This document shows positions 38,524-47,221 of a stretch of 64,000 nt of DNA, in pieces. The stretch is taken from positions 32,001 through 96,000 of IMG/VR virus record IMGVR_UViG_3300035663_000001; one strand, given 5' to 3'. A program made the position numbers and the translations under genes. Source of the DNA: a virus. Within the stretch, counting starts at the first letter, position 1, and every line of letters begins with the position of its first letter. The notes below the pieces were generated by a model. It saw nothing but the letters and a program-made list of their open reading frames with translations. It did not search any database and was not told where the DNA came from.

Positions 38524-38738
38524 CAGCTTGTCGTTGCGGATATATTGAAAATCAATCACATCATCCTTGTCATGGGCAAGAATATACTTGTTGTAAGCCT
38601 AGTACTATAAGATGGATTACTTATCCTACCGCATTAGCTGGTCAACAAATGAAATTGGGAGCTTATCAAACTTGGGCTTGTGATTCTTGTTGGGAAGATT
38701 TTCAGAAAAAATTGAAAGACCATTCAGATGGAAATTGA
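38520..38738 (+). CDS. Cys-rich hypothetical protein
   Basis: ATGA overlap. Confidence 0.6.
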   Translation: MTACRCGYIENQSHHPCHGQEYTCCKPSTIRWITYPTALAGQQMKLGAYQTWACDSCWEDFQKKLKDHSDGN

Positions 38739-39042
38739 AATTAATTATTCAAAAGCTGAATTAGAGGCGGCGGTTAAATTTTTATCAAAACATAATACAT
38801 CTTTTCTAGGTAAAGACGAAGAGATTCGTCAAACAATTTTAGATTATATTAATAAATTATCAACTGATGTTGATCGTTGGATGATTGGAACAATGGGTTT
38901 TGTCATTTTGGCTGAGAGAGAATTTGAAGGAATTAATTCTGATAAGAATACTATTTATTACGAAATCCTAATTAATCCAGCAGTAAGTAAAGAACGAGAA
39001 TATGTGACTTACTTGGTCAATGACCAAGAGGAAACATGTTAA
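38728..39042 (+). CDS. Hypothetical protein
   Basis: ORF. Confidence 0.6.
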   Translation: MEIEINYSKAELEAAVKFLSKHNTSFLGKDEEIRQTILDYINKLSTDVDRWMIGTMGFVILAEREFEGINSDKNTIYYEILINPAVSKEREYVTYLVNDQEETC

Positions 39043-39083
39043 CTATTAATCTAGGATTAGAGTTAATTTGACGCCAACAATCT

Positions 39084-39137
39084 TGGCACGTTTCTTGCCA
39101 CCGCTCCCAGCGACTAAATTTTTTCGCTGCTCCCTAA
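39084..39137. promoter_or_regulatory. Repeated motif copy 4 with sigma54-like site readable on both strands
   Basis: TGGCACGTTTCTTGC (39084-39098) on +, TGGCAAGAAACGTGC on -; motif at 39106. Confidence 0.7.
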
Positions 39138-39182
39138 GTAGGAATGCAGCGGAGTTAAGATTAATTTAGGAAACCAGACATA

Positions 39183-40319
39183 ATGACTACACGTTCTTTT
39201 ATTGTCCCGGTCGCTAACCAAAGCATCGTGGAGCAAAAAATTGAGAAATTAAATAAGCGGGCTCTAAAATTAAAACTGGAGCCCGTTTCCATTACCTGGG
39301 GTAAAGCATTCTTAGAGCAAGATAAACTATGCTTGCCTTGCGAATTAACTGGACCTTTTCAAGTGTCTTATGATGGTTGGGAGTTTATTGCTACCTTACA
39401 GCATCTTCCTACCGGAGAAAATATCATTAGAGCCATTACTAATGATTATGAAATTCCTCTTCAATATCGTACTTCCGGTAGCGCTTGCGAACATTGTAAT
39501 GTTAAAAGATATCGCAAAGATACTTACGTTGTACGACATGATGCTACTTGTGAGGCATTGCAAGTAGGATCTTCTTGTATTAAAGATTTTCTAGGAGGAA
39601 ATTCTCCTGATAATATCTTGCAGCAAGCTGCCTTGGTCGGCGAATTAATTTCCTTTATGGAAGGTGCTCGTCACAATAATTTTGAAAATAATGAAGGCAT
39701 TTATTATTTAAACCATGTCTTAGCGCAAGCGGCAGCTTGTATTAGAGAATGTGGATGGATGTCTAAGACTGAAGCTAAAGAAACTGGAAAACTAGCTACG
39801 GCTACCGTAGTAGAATATAATCTATTACAAGATAGCACTTATGGTTTATTTCCGGTGTCGACTGAAGATCGAGAGTTAGCAGAACAAGCTATTAATTGGG
39901 TAGAAAATCTGTCTGATGAAGAAGTAGAAAACTCTGATTATCTCTATAACATTAGAGCCATTGCTCGTTCTGGAATGGTTGGAGTTAGAACTATTGGATA
40001 TAGTGTTAGTATTATTTCTTCATATTTACGTCAAGTTAAACAGTTACAGTTTAAAAAAGAATCTCAATTTGTTGGATTAGTAAATGATAGAAGTGTTTTT
40101 ACTCTCAACCTTAAAAAGGTGACCGGGTTTTCTGGAAATTATGGTTGGACCAATAAATATATTTTTCATGACCCTGCTGGTAACATTTTAGTATGGTTAA
40201 CCTCTACCTCTAAAGATTTGCAAGAGGGGCAGCAATACCAAATTAAAGCCACAGTCAAGGCTCACCAAGAATTCAAATCCATTAAAGAAACAATTCTTAC
40301 TAGATGCGAAATTTTATGA
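39183..40319 (+). CDS. Phage protein with Zn-binding motif and probable C-terminal OB fold
   Basis: CEHC...QVGSSC; C-terminal IKATVKAHxEFxxIKETILTR. Confidence 0.75.
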   Translation: MTTRSFIVPVANQSIVEQKIEKLNKRALKLKLEPVSITWGKAFLEQDKLCLPCELTGPFQVSYDGWEFIATLQHLPTGENIIRAITNDYEIPLQYRTSGSACEHCNVKRYRKDTYVVRHDATCEALQVGSSCIKDFLGGNSPDNILQQAALVGELISFMEGARHNNFENNEGIYYLNHVLAQAAACIRECGWMSKTEAKETGKLATATVVEYNLLQDSTYGLFPVSTEDRELAEQAINWVENLSDEEVENSDYLYNIRAIARSGMVGVRTIGYSVSIISSYLRQVKQLQFKKESQFVGLVNDRSVFTLNLKKVTGFSGNYGWTNKYIFHDPAGNILVWLTSTSKDLQEGQQYQIKATVKAHQEFKSIKETILTRCEIL

Positions 40320-40633
40320 GTGATCCGTATAACGAAACAGTATTTTTTGAATTTGAATTAGAAAGATTATTCGATCCAAAAACTCAAGTATTTTCTAATT
40401 CTTTAGAAGAGTCAGAAGATGTTGAGTTTAAAACTATCAAATTAAAAGTTGAAGGCAGATCATACTATCATCCTGGACAATATTATGGTCCACCAGAATA
40501 TTGTTATCCTAGTGAATCAGATACCGAAATTCTTTCGGTTGAAAATGAAAATGGAGAAGATTGGTTAGATAAATTAACAGAGCCTGAAGTTCAATCTTTA
40601 TTGGAAGAGATTGAAGACCGGGCTCAATCATAG
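40316..40633 (+). CDS. Hypothetical protein
   Basis: ATGA overlap; GPPEYCYP motif. Confidence 0.65.
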   Translation: MSDPYNETVFFEFELERLFDPKTQVFSNSLEESEDVEFKTIKLKVEGRSYYHPGQYYGPPEYCYPSESDTEILSVENENGEDWLDKLTEPEVQSLLEEIEDRAQS

Positions 40634-40652
40634 GAGTAACGTCAATAAGATT

Positions 40653-41090
40653 ATGAAAAAATTTAAAGTTGGAGATTTAGTACAAAAAATAAAAGATAAT
40701 TCTATTATGGATGGTCAAGTAACCGAATTAGTAGGAGAAAAATTTTTAGTATCATGGACTGATGGCTCTTCCTCTGAAGAGGACTACTATCGTCTCTCTA
40801 ATAGAGACTCTCTTTTCGAGAGAGAATTTAGACTAGAAGCTATGAAGAGATTAAAAGAAATTGATGAGCATTTAGAAAATGCTTGTCGGGAATTAGATGC
40901 GGCCGTAAATATTTCAGAAAAATATGGCATCCCATTTTCTACAAATATTTCTTTTATTAGTCAAAATTATAATCCTAAATCCAGATCAAAAAAATATCCT
41001 GATCTGGATTCAGACTTCTTAGAAAGTGTCACGGGCACTTATGGTAGCGAAGATGATTATGGATGGCAGCATTCTGCTGTATGCTATTAA
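40653..41090 (+). CDS. Hypothetical protein
   Basis: FKVGDLV start. Confidence 0.65.
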   Translation: MKKFKVGDLVQKIKDNSIMDGQVTELVGEKFLVSWTDGSSSEEDYYRLSNRDSLFEREFRLEAMKRLKEIDEHLENACRELDAAVNISEKYGIPFSTNISFISQNYNPKSRSKKYPDLDSDFLESVTGTYGSEDDYGWQHSAVCY

Positions 41091-41137
41091 AATTAACTTA
41101 ACAATTAATAATTAACCTTGATAGAAAGATAAAAAAT

Positions 41138-41461
41138 ATGACAAACCGAATTATGTTTTTGCGAGATACTAAGAATCATCCTGTAGGATGTGTAGCTATT
41201 AATTTTGATTTTCAGACTAGCCAACTGAGTTATCAGTTGTCAGTTTTGAATCCAAACGATAAGTTTGACCGTAAGATGGCTCGCCATTTAGCTTTGGGTC
41301 GTTTAGTAGAAAGGCCCTTTAGTGTTACTATTCCAGCGGTACTTAAGTATAGTATGCATGATGTGACCAAGCTAGTTATGAGTGATATTAGCAATAATAT
41401 CAAGTCGCCTTCTCGAGCTAAAAAGGCAGCTCAATTATGGTTGCATCAGAATAGTGTTTGA
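41138..41461 (+). CDS. Hypothetical protein
   Basis: NPxDxFxRKxARxxALGR motif. Confidence 0.7.
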   Translation: MTNRIMFLRDTKNHPVGCVAINFDFQTSQLSYQLSVLNPNDKFDRKMARHLALGRLVERPFSVTIPAVLKYSMHDVTKLVMSDISNNIKSPSRAKKAAQLWLHQNSV

Positions 41462-41480
41462 CTAGTTTTTACTGGCGGCT

Positions 41481-41542
41481 TGCAAGCCTCGTGCCAGCTG
41501 GGTAGGTGTTCCCAGCGACTAAATTTTTTTAACACCACCTAG
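41481..41542. promoter_or_regulatory. Repeated motif copy 5 with minus-strand sigma54 consensus site
   Basis: Reverse complement of 41481-41496 is TGGCACGAGGCTTGCA; motif at 41511. Confidence 0.75.
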
Positions 41543-41548
41543 TACTGC

Positions 41549-41584
41549 GACCAACCAACGAGAGATAAGTTGGTTGGTCTTTTT
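41549..41584 (+). terminator. Intrinsic terminator-like hairpin
   Basis: GACCAACCAAC-loop-GTTGGTTGGTC followed by TTTTT. Confidence 0.6.
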
Positions 41585-41613
41585 ATTACCTTTTAATTGG
41601 AGAATTTAAAATT

Positions 41614-41943
41614 ATGGATAGCAAGCAACACATCGAGTTAGTTCTGAATCAGCGTCTTCGTCCCATTTTTGAGAAGGCGGCTGCTAAAATTGATAGCCTT
41701 CGACCCGGAGAGAAAGTTCCCGCAACTGAGTTAGCTAAGGAACTCGGCAAAGAAATTGGTATGACAGGACCTCAATTGTATCCTACTCTTTTGTTCCTCT
41801 TTAAGGATTTTCCTGGTATTGAGATTAAGCGTGGGGCTCATGGCGGTTTATGTAAGTTACCTACCACGAAAACCGTGGTAGATACGGCCACACCAGATGT
41901 TAAGGTAGATGTTACTAATTCAGAAGAGACTCTCTCAGAGTGA
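41614..41943 (+). CDS. Winged-helix-like DNA-binding protein
   Basis: PGEKVPATELAKELG...IKRGAHGG; SD GGAG. Confidence 0.7.
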   Translation: MDSKQHIELVLNQRLRPIFEKAAAKIDSLRPGEKVPATELAKELGKEIGMTGPQLYPTLLFLFKDFPGIEIKRGAHGGLCKLPTTKTVVDTATPDVKVDVTNSEETLSE

Positions 41944-41991
41944 ACGAAATATACTAATTAAAATATATTTGATTTGTTTAAAGGAGAAAAA

Positions 41992-42222
41992 ATGAATTTA
42001 GAAGATCTTGAAGAGGCGTTAGAAGAGTTATTTCCATCAGGTTTTCATACGACTAAGGATAGTCGGGGTCAAATTATTATTATGACTGGTCTGTGTGAAG
42101 AGGATGATGGAGAGTTAGTAGAACTTCTATCTGCTGAAGATGAAGAGGATGATGATTTTGATTCTGATTTTTCATCCATGGATGATGAAGATTTTGTTGA
42201 TGAGTCTGATGACGATCATTGA
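41992..42222 (+). CDS. Acidic small protein
   Basis: SD AAGGAG. Confidence 0.65.
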   Translation: MNLEDLEEALEELFPSGFHTTKDSRGQIIIMTGLCEEDDGELVELLSAEDEEDDDFDSDFSSMDDEDFVDESDDDH

Positions 42223-42628
42223 TCTTAATCAAGAAATTAAATGCCACGAAGAAGGAGATTACTCTATTATAGAAATTTCTTGTGGCATTAAGAAATATTA
42301 TTACCGTAATGTTGGTTATCGAACTGTATATCCTAATGGATTTTCTATCTACCATAAAAATGGTACTCTTCATCGAGAAGATGGTCCTGCTATAGAGCGC
42401 CCAGATGGCCATCAAGAATGGCGTCTCAATGGTCTATTTCATAGGACTGATGGTCCAGCTTTAATAGATAAAAAAGGTAATAAAAAGTGGTATTGTAATG
42501 GAGAATTACATCGTACAGATGGGCCGGCTATTGAAATGATTAGTGGTCGCGTGTATTATTACTTACAGGGTAAAAGAATTTATTCTGTCAATAAATTTAA
42601 TCGTTTAGTTAAACTTCAATTTATTTAG
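42209..42628 (+). CDS. HREDGPA-repeat protein (start uncertain)
   Basis: Three repeats; ends RLVKLQFI. Confidence 0.8.
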   Translation: MTIIDLNQEIKCHEEGDYSIIEISCGIKKYYYRNVGYRTVYPNGFSIYHKNGTLHREDGPAIERPDGHQEWRLNGLFHRTDGPALIDKKGNKKWYCNGELHRTDGPAIEMISGRVYYYLQGKRIYSVNKFNRLVKLQFI

Positions 42629-42642
42629 AATTTACAAGACAA

Positions 42643-43104
42643 ATGAAGCCGACTTATATCTTAACCTCTAATAAAACTAAAAAATATATGTTGAATGGGC
42701 AGCTTCATCGAGAAGATGGACCGGCTATTATAAATACAAATGGAGATAAGTTGTGGTATTTAAACGATCTTCTCCATCGAGAAGATGGCCCAGCCATAGA
42801 GCGTGTTAATGAAAGTAAACATTGGTTTCTTCATGGCGAATGCCATCGAGCAGATGGCCCTGCTACTGAATATAAAGATCATACCAGATATTATCTTTAT
42901 AATAAGTTACATCGAACAGATGGGCCAGCAGTAGAGTGGAGTAATAATTCTAATTCTTATCAGGTATGGTACTTTTTAATGTCAGGTTTGACAGATTATA
43001 AAGATATAGAATATCCTGTTGAAGGAAAACGCTGGTATCTTGAAGATAAAGAATATACCGAAGAAGAATATTGGCGAATGCTTAAGTTACAAGCTTTATG
43101 GTAA
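42643..43104 (+). CDS. HREDGPA-repeat protein, KLKALW class
   Basis: Ends KLQALW. Confidence 0.9.
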   Translation: MKPTYILTSNKTKKYMLNGQLHREDGPAIINTNGDKLWYLNDLLHREDGPAIERVNESKHWFLHGECHRADGPATEYKDHTRYYLYNKLHRTDGPAVEWSNNSNSYQVWYFLMSGLTDYKDIEYPVEGKRWYLEDKEYTEEEYWRMLKLQALW

Positions 43105-43409
43105 AGTATGATGAATTTGGTATTAAAAGATATTTAGTAAATGGAGAATTACATCGAGAAGATGGCCCGGCCGTAGAATTTAGCAATGGAGAAAAACATT
43201 GGTGTCTTCATGGTCAGCTTCATCGAGAAGATGGACCTACAGTAATATATGCTAATGGAAGTAAAAACTGGTATTTGCATGATCGATTGCATCGAGAAGA
43301 TGGTCCAGCGATAGAAAACGCTAATGGAGAGAAATGGTGGTACCTTCAAGGTAAACAATATACAGAAGAAGAATATTGGCGGACGGTTAAATTAAAAACT
43401 TTATGGTAA
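43098..43409 (+). CDS. HREDGPA-repeat protein, KLKALW class
   Basis: Starts at ATG within the junction; ends KLKTLW. Confidence 0.85.
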   Translation: MVKYDEFGIKRYLVNGELHREDGPAVEFSNGEKHWCLHGQLHREDGPTVIYANGSKNWYLHDRLHREDGPAIENANGEKWWYLQGKQYTEEEYWRTVKLKTLW

Positions 43410-44101
43410 AAATTAAAGAAAAAAATTTTAATAGGTATTTAATACAGAGCTTGTGCGTTCTATTTACTCTACTAATTTATAGTATATTTCTGGGTTGGAA
43501 ACTAGGTATACTTTTAGTAGTAAGTATCTCTTTACATGAGATGAGTCATCTTTGGGCGGCCCAAAGATTGGGAATGAAAACTCATGGTTTTATCTTGTTA
43601 CCTTTTATTGGAGGCTTGGCTTTTATTGGAGGAACTTATAAAAGTCATAAACATAATGTCATTGTGTCTTTAGCCGGTCCCTTGGGTGGAAGTTTATTTG
43701 CGGCATTGACAGCCGTTCTATATCAGTTAACCGGCCTTTTAATTCTGAAAGAAACGGTAGTTTTAATGAGCATATTAAATATATTTAATATGCTTCCGCT
43801 AGCATTTTTAGATGGCGGACAAGTTTTTAATTGTATTGGAAGCTCTATTGATAAACGTTTAGGATTTTATCATTTAATTTTTACTTCAGTAGTAATTGTA
43901 TTCTTCTTATGGAAGATTAATGTCATCTTAGCGGTGGCTATTATTCTGCTTTCTTCCTTAAGAATATTAGATGATTACTCTAATATCTTTAAAAAGAAAA
44001 AGGTATTTGTTGCCTTAACATTAAGTGAGATATTTCAAACACTACTAGCTTGGTTATTTATTTACTACCTACTACTATTTCTATTACTTACCTTTATCTA
44101 A
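43403..44101 (+). CDS. M50/site-2 membrane metalloprotease
   Basis: HEMSH, AGP and NMLPxxxLDGG motifs; multiple hydrophobic segments. Confidence 0.88.
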   Translation: MVKIKEKNFNRYLIQSLCVLFTLLIYSIFLGWKLGILLVVSISLHEMSHLWAAQRLGMKTHGFILLPFIGGLAFIGGTYKSHKHNVIVSLAGPLGGSLFAALTAVLYQLTGLLILKETVVLMSILNIFNMLPLAFLDGGQVFNCIGSSIDKRLGFYHLIFTSVVIVFFLWKINVILAVAIILLSSLRILDDYSNIFKKKKVFVALTLSEIFQTLLAWLFIYYLLLFLLLTFI

Positions 44102-44357
44102 ATTACTAAAAATTAGGTTAAGTAGTACAGCAACACTTCCCCCTATTAGATCCCCCGATCATTTGTCGAGAGACACTTCGTATATTAAAATCTTTTAACG
44201 TGTCTAAAGCTATAAATATATTTAACACAAACGCGGCTAGTGGAAGCGTCACAGCTAGGTTTTAAACTTTAAAAATATGTATAATTTCAGGATGACTGTT
44301 TATAAATTGTTCTTAAGGCTAGTCAAGATTTAATCCCAGTGCCAGCATAAAATGATC

Positions 44358-44675
44358 ATGCAAAAGATAAAATCTGATAAATATGGAAATAAATATTATT
44401 TTTGGGACCTTTGTCTTCATCGAGAAGATGGTCCGGCCGTAGAATTTGTTAGCGGAACTAAAGAGTGGTATATTCACGACAAACTCCATCGACTAGATGG
44501 TCCAGCGATAGAATATTTTGATGGAGGTAAATCATGGTATCTTCATGGTCGACGCCATCGAGAAGATGGCCCGGCATTAGAATTTATTAATGGATACCGA
44601 GAATATTACCTTCAAGGTAAAGAATATTCAGAAGAAGAGTATTGGCGAGTGGTTAAATTAAAAGCTTTATGGTAA
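44358..44675 (+). CDS. HREDGPA-repeat protein, KLKALW class
   Basis: First gene of a six-gene array. Confidence 0.9.
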   Translation: MQKIKSDKYGNKYYFWDLCLHREDGPAVEFVSGTKEWYIHDKLHRLDGPAIEYFDGGKSWYLHGRRHREDGPALEFINGYREYYLQGKEYSEEEYWRVVKLKALW

Positions 44676-44678
44676 AAT

Positions 44679-45065
44679 ATGCAAGAAATTAAGATAAATA
44701 AATATGGTACTAAATTTTATTATTGGAACGGTCAGCTTCATCGAGAAGCTGGACCCGCCATAGAATTTACTAATGGCAGTAACGAATGGAGGCTTTATGA
44801 TCGTTGGCATCGAGAAGCTGGGCCAGCAATAGAATATATTAATAAATATAAAGCTTGGTATGTTAATGGTAAAAGACATCGAGAAGATGGGCCTGCTCTA
44901 GAATATGTTAGTGGATATAAAGAATGGTATCATCATGGCGATCTACATCGAGAAGATGGACCAGCCGTAGAAGATGCTAATGGTACTAAATATTGGTGCC
45001 TTCAAGGCAAAAGATATTCCGAAGAAGAATATTGGAGATTAGTCAAGCTAAAAGCATTATGGTAA
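44679..45065 (+). CDS. HREDGPA-repeat protein, KLKALW class
   Basis: Four repeats. Confidence 0.9.
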   Translation: MQEIKINKYGTKFYYWNGQLHREAGPAIEFTNGSNEWRLYDRWHREAGPAIEYINKYKAWYVNGKRHREDGPALEYVSGYKEWYHHGDLHREDGPAVEDANGTKYWCLQGKRYSEEEYWRLVKLKALW

Positions 45066-45068
45066 AGT

Positions 45069-45386
45069 ATGCAAGAAATTACAATAGATGAACACGGGAC
45101 TAAAAGATATTATTGGAATAACCAATTACATCGAGAAGATGGTCCTGCGATAGAATATGCTAATGGATCTAAAGAGTGGTGTCTTAATGGTCAATATCAT
45201 CGAGAAGATGGCCCGGCATTAGAATATTCTAATGGAGACAAATTCTGGTATTTGCATGATCAATTTCATCGAGAAGATGGTCCGGCCGCAGAATATGCTA
45301 ATGGAGATAAAGAGTGGTTCCTTCACGGTAAAAAATATACAGAAGAAAAATATTGGCGTTTAGTTAAGCTAAAAGCTTTGTGGTAA
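45069..45386 (+). CDS. HREDGPA-repeat protein, KLKALW class
   Basis: Three repeats. Confidence 0.9.
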   Translation: MQEITIDEHGTKRYYWNNQLHREDGPAIEYANGSKEWCLNGQYHREDGPALEYSNGDKFWYLHDQFHREDGPAAEYANGDKEWFLHGKKYTEEKYWRLVKLKALW

Positions 45387-45389
45387 AAT

Positions 45390-45638
45390 ATGCAAGAAAT
45401 TACGATAGATAAATTTGGCACTAAAAGATATTTTTGGAGTAATAAACTCCATCGAGAAGATGGACCAGCAATAAAATATATTAATGGATATAAACAATGG
45501 TATCATCATGGTCAACGGCATCGAGAAGGTGGTCCGGCCATAGATTATGTTAATGGATTTAAAAAATGGTATCTTCAAGGTGAATCATATTCAGAAGAAG
45601 AGTATTGGAGATTAGTTAAATTAAAAGCATTATGGTGA
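45390..45638 (+). CDS. HREDGPA-repeat protein, KLKALW class
   Basis: Two repeats. Confidence 0.9.
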   Translation: MQEITIDKFGTKRYFWSNKLHREDGPAIKYINGYKQWYHHGQRHREGGPAIDYVNGFKKWYLQGESYSEEEYWRLVKLKALW

Positions 45639-45641
45639 AGT

Positions 45642-46028
45642 ATGCAAGAAATTAAAATAGATGAACGTGGGACTAAAAGATACTATTGGAATGGCCAACT
45701 CCATCGAGAAGATGGACCAGCTATCGAATGGTATGATGGAAATAAATATTGGTATCTTCATGGTCAACGACATCGAGAAGATGGTCCGGCTGTAGAGTAT
45801 GTTAATGGAGATAAATATTGGTATCGTCATGATCAACTACATCGAGAAGATGGTCCAGCCGTAGAGTGGAGTAATGGATCTAAAGAATGGTTGCTTCATA
45901 ATCAACTCCATCGAGAAGATGGTCCGGCAGTAGAATATGTTGATGGTACTAAATTTTGGCATCTTAAAAATAAGAGATACACAGAAAAAAAGTATTGGCG
46001 AATGGTTAAATTAAAAGCTTTATGGTAA
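45642..46028 (+). CDS. HREDGPA-repeat protein, KLKALW class
   Basis: Four repeats. Confidence 0.9.
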   Translation: MQEIKIDERGTKRYYWNGQLHREDGPAIEWYDGNKYWYLHGQRHREDGPAVEYVNGDKYWYRHDQLHREDGPAVEWSNGSKEWLLHNQLHREDGPAVEYVDGTKFWHLKNKRYTEKKYWRMVKLKALW

Positions 46029-46032
46029 AGTA

Positions 46033-46281
46033 ATGCACGGAATTAATATAGACAAAAATGGAAATAAATTTTATTATTGGAATGATCGATATCATCGAGA
46101 AGACGGTCCAGCGATAGAATTTTCTAATGGAAATAAATGGTGGTATCTTCATGATCTCTTACATCGAGAAGATGGGCCAGCGGTAGAATATGCTGATGGA
46201 TATAAAGAGTGGTATCTTCAAAATAAACAATATACAGAAGAAGAATATTGGCGAATACTTAAATTAAAAACTTTATGGTAA
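46033..46281 (+). CDS. HREDGPA-repeat protein, KLKALW class
   Basis: Two repeats. Confidence 0.9.
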   Translation: MHGINIDKNGNKFYYWNDRYHREDGPAIEFSNGNKWWYLHDLLHREDGPAVEYADGYKEWYLQNKQYTEEEYWRILKLKTLW

Positions 46282-46307
46282 AGTATGCAAGAAATTGAAA
46301 GGTACGT

Positions 46308-47130
46308 ATGAAACAAGGTTTTTCCTGCCCAAGTCCCGAGATATTTGTTCCGATTGACCTCAGTAAATGTACTGATGTTTTTCCTCCAGGTTTGTACGAA
46401 ACCTGTTATGACCGTCAATATGGGTTTTTATTTTAAAAAATTAGATATTGAGCAAAGAAGAATCTTTGCTTTTCAAGATGATACGAGTGACTTTATCATT
46501 AAAGACATCCAAAAATTTTGGACCCTGAAAGATAAGTACGCAGCATATCAAATGCCATTTAAGAGAGGAATCTTAATGTATGGACCGCCCGGATGTGGTA
46601 AGTCATCTATTATCTCTTTGTTGACATCTAATGTCACTTCTAAAGATGGCGTCGTAATTAAGTTTAATACTAACATCGACGTTTATAAAGAGTGTCTCTC
46701 TAAATTTAGAGAAATTTATCCGGATAAACCGATCATTGTTCTATTAGAAGATTTAAATTATATACTAGATAGTATTGATGAATCAGATTTTCTAAACATG
46801 TTAGATGGTTTAGAAAAATTTTCACACTCTACAGTATATCTTGGAACTACTAATTACATTAAAGATTTACAAAATAACATTAAAAATAGACCCAATAGAT
46901 TCGATCTAGTTTTAGAAGTTAAGCCTCCTCAAGCAAAAATTAGAAAAGAATATTTGCAAAAATTACTGTTAGGGAAATCTAAAATTGAAAACTTAGACCA
47001 ATGGGTCAAAGATACTGCTGGTTTTTCTTTTGCACATCTAGAAGAATTATTCAAATCTGTTTTCTTATTTGGAAGTGATTATCGATCTTCTATCACTAGA
47101 ATTAAAAGTATGATTGCGAATTCCGATTGA
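46308..47130 (+). CDS. AAA+ ATPase, probably frameshifted near 46425-46429
   Basis: GPPGCGKS, LLED, FLNMLDG, TTN and RPNRFD; a plausible N-terminus lies in another frame from ATG 46308. Confidence 0.85.
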
Positions 47131-47136
47131 ACCGGA

Positions 47137-47193
47137 TGCAATTTTCGTGCCACGGCCAGCTCCCAGCGACTAAATTTTATTCTCACGCCCTAG
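47137..47193. promoter_or_regulatory. Repeated motif copy 6 with minus-strand sigma54 consensus site
   Basis: Reverse complement of 47137-47152 is TGGCACGAAAATTGCA; motif at 47162. Confidence 0.75.
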
Positions 47194-47221
47194 ATAGTGA
47201 GGGCACTCAGAAAGAATAGTT

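Noticed and set aside
2433-45836. Minus-strand (WTIFSM-type) and alternate-frame (IEKMV-type) ORFs over the repeat genes
   Set aside because: These are shadow translations of the + strand repeats with no independent start signals.
2502-46281. CRISPR array suggested by CATCGAGAAGATGG recurring about every 69 bp
   Set aside because: The repeats are in-frame coding units with synonymous variation, the intervening sequences are homologous to each other, and there are no cas genes.
17594-46281. Diversity-generating retroelement acting on the repeat genes
   Set aside because: There is no reverse transcriptase in the window and no non-coding template repeat, and the differences do not look adenine-specific by eye. 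An RT elsewhere in the genome cannot be excluded.
24123-46311. Classical integron cassette array
   Set aside because: No tyrosine integrase and no palindromic attC sites; spacers between genes are only 3-7 nt.
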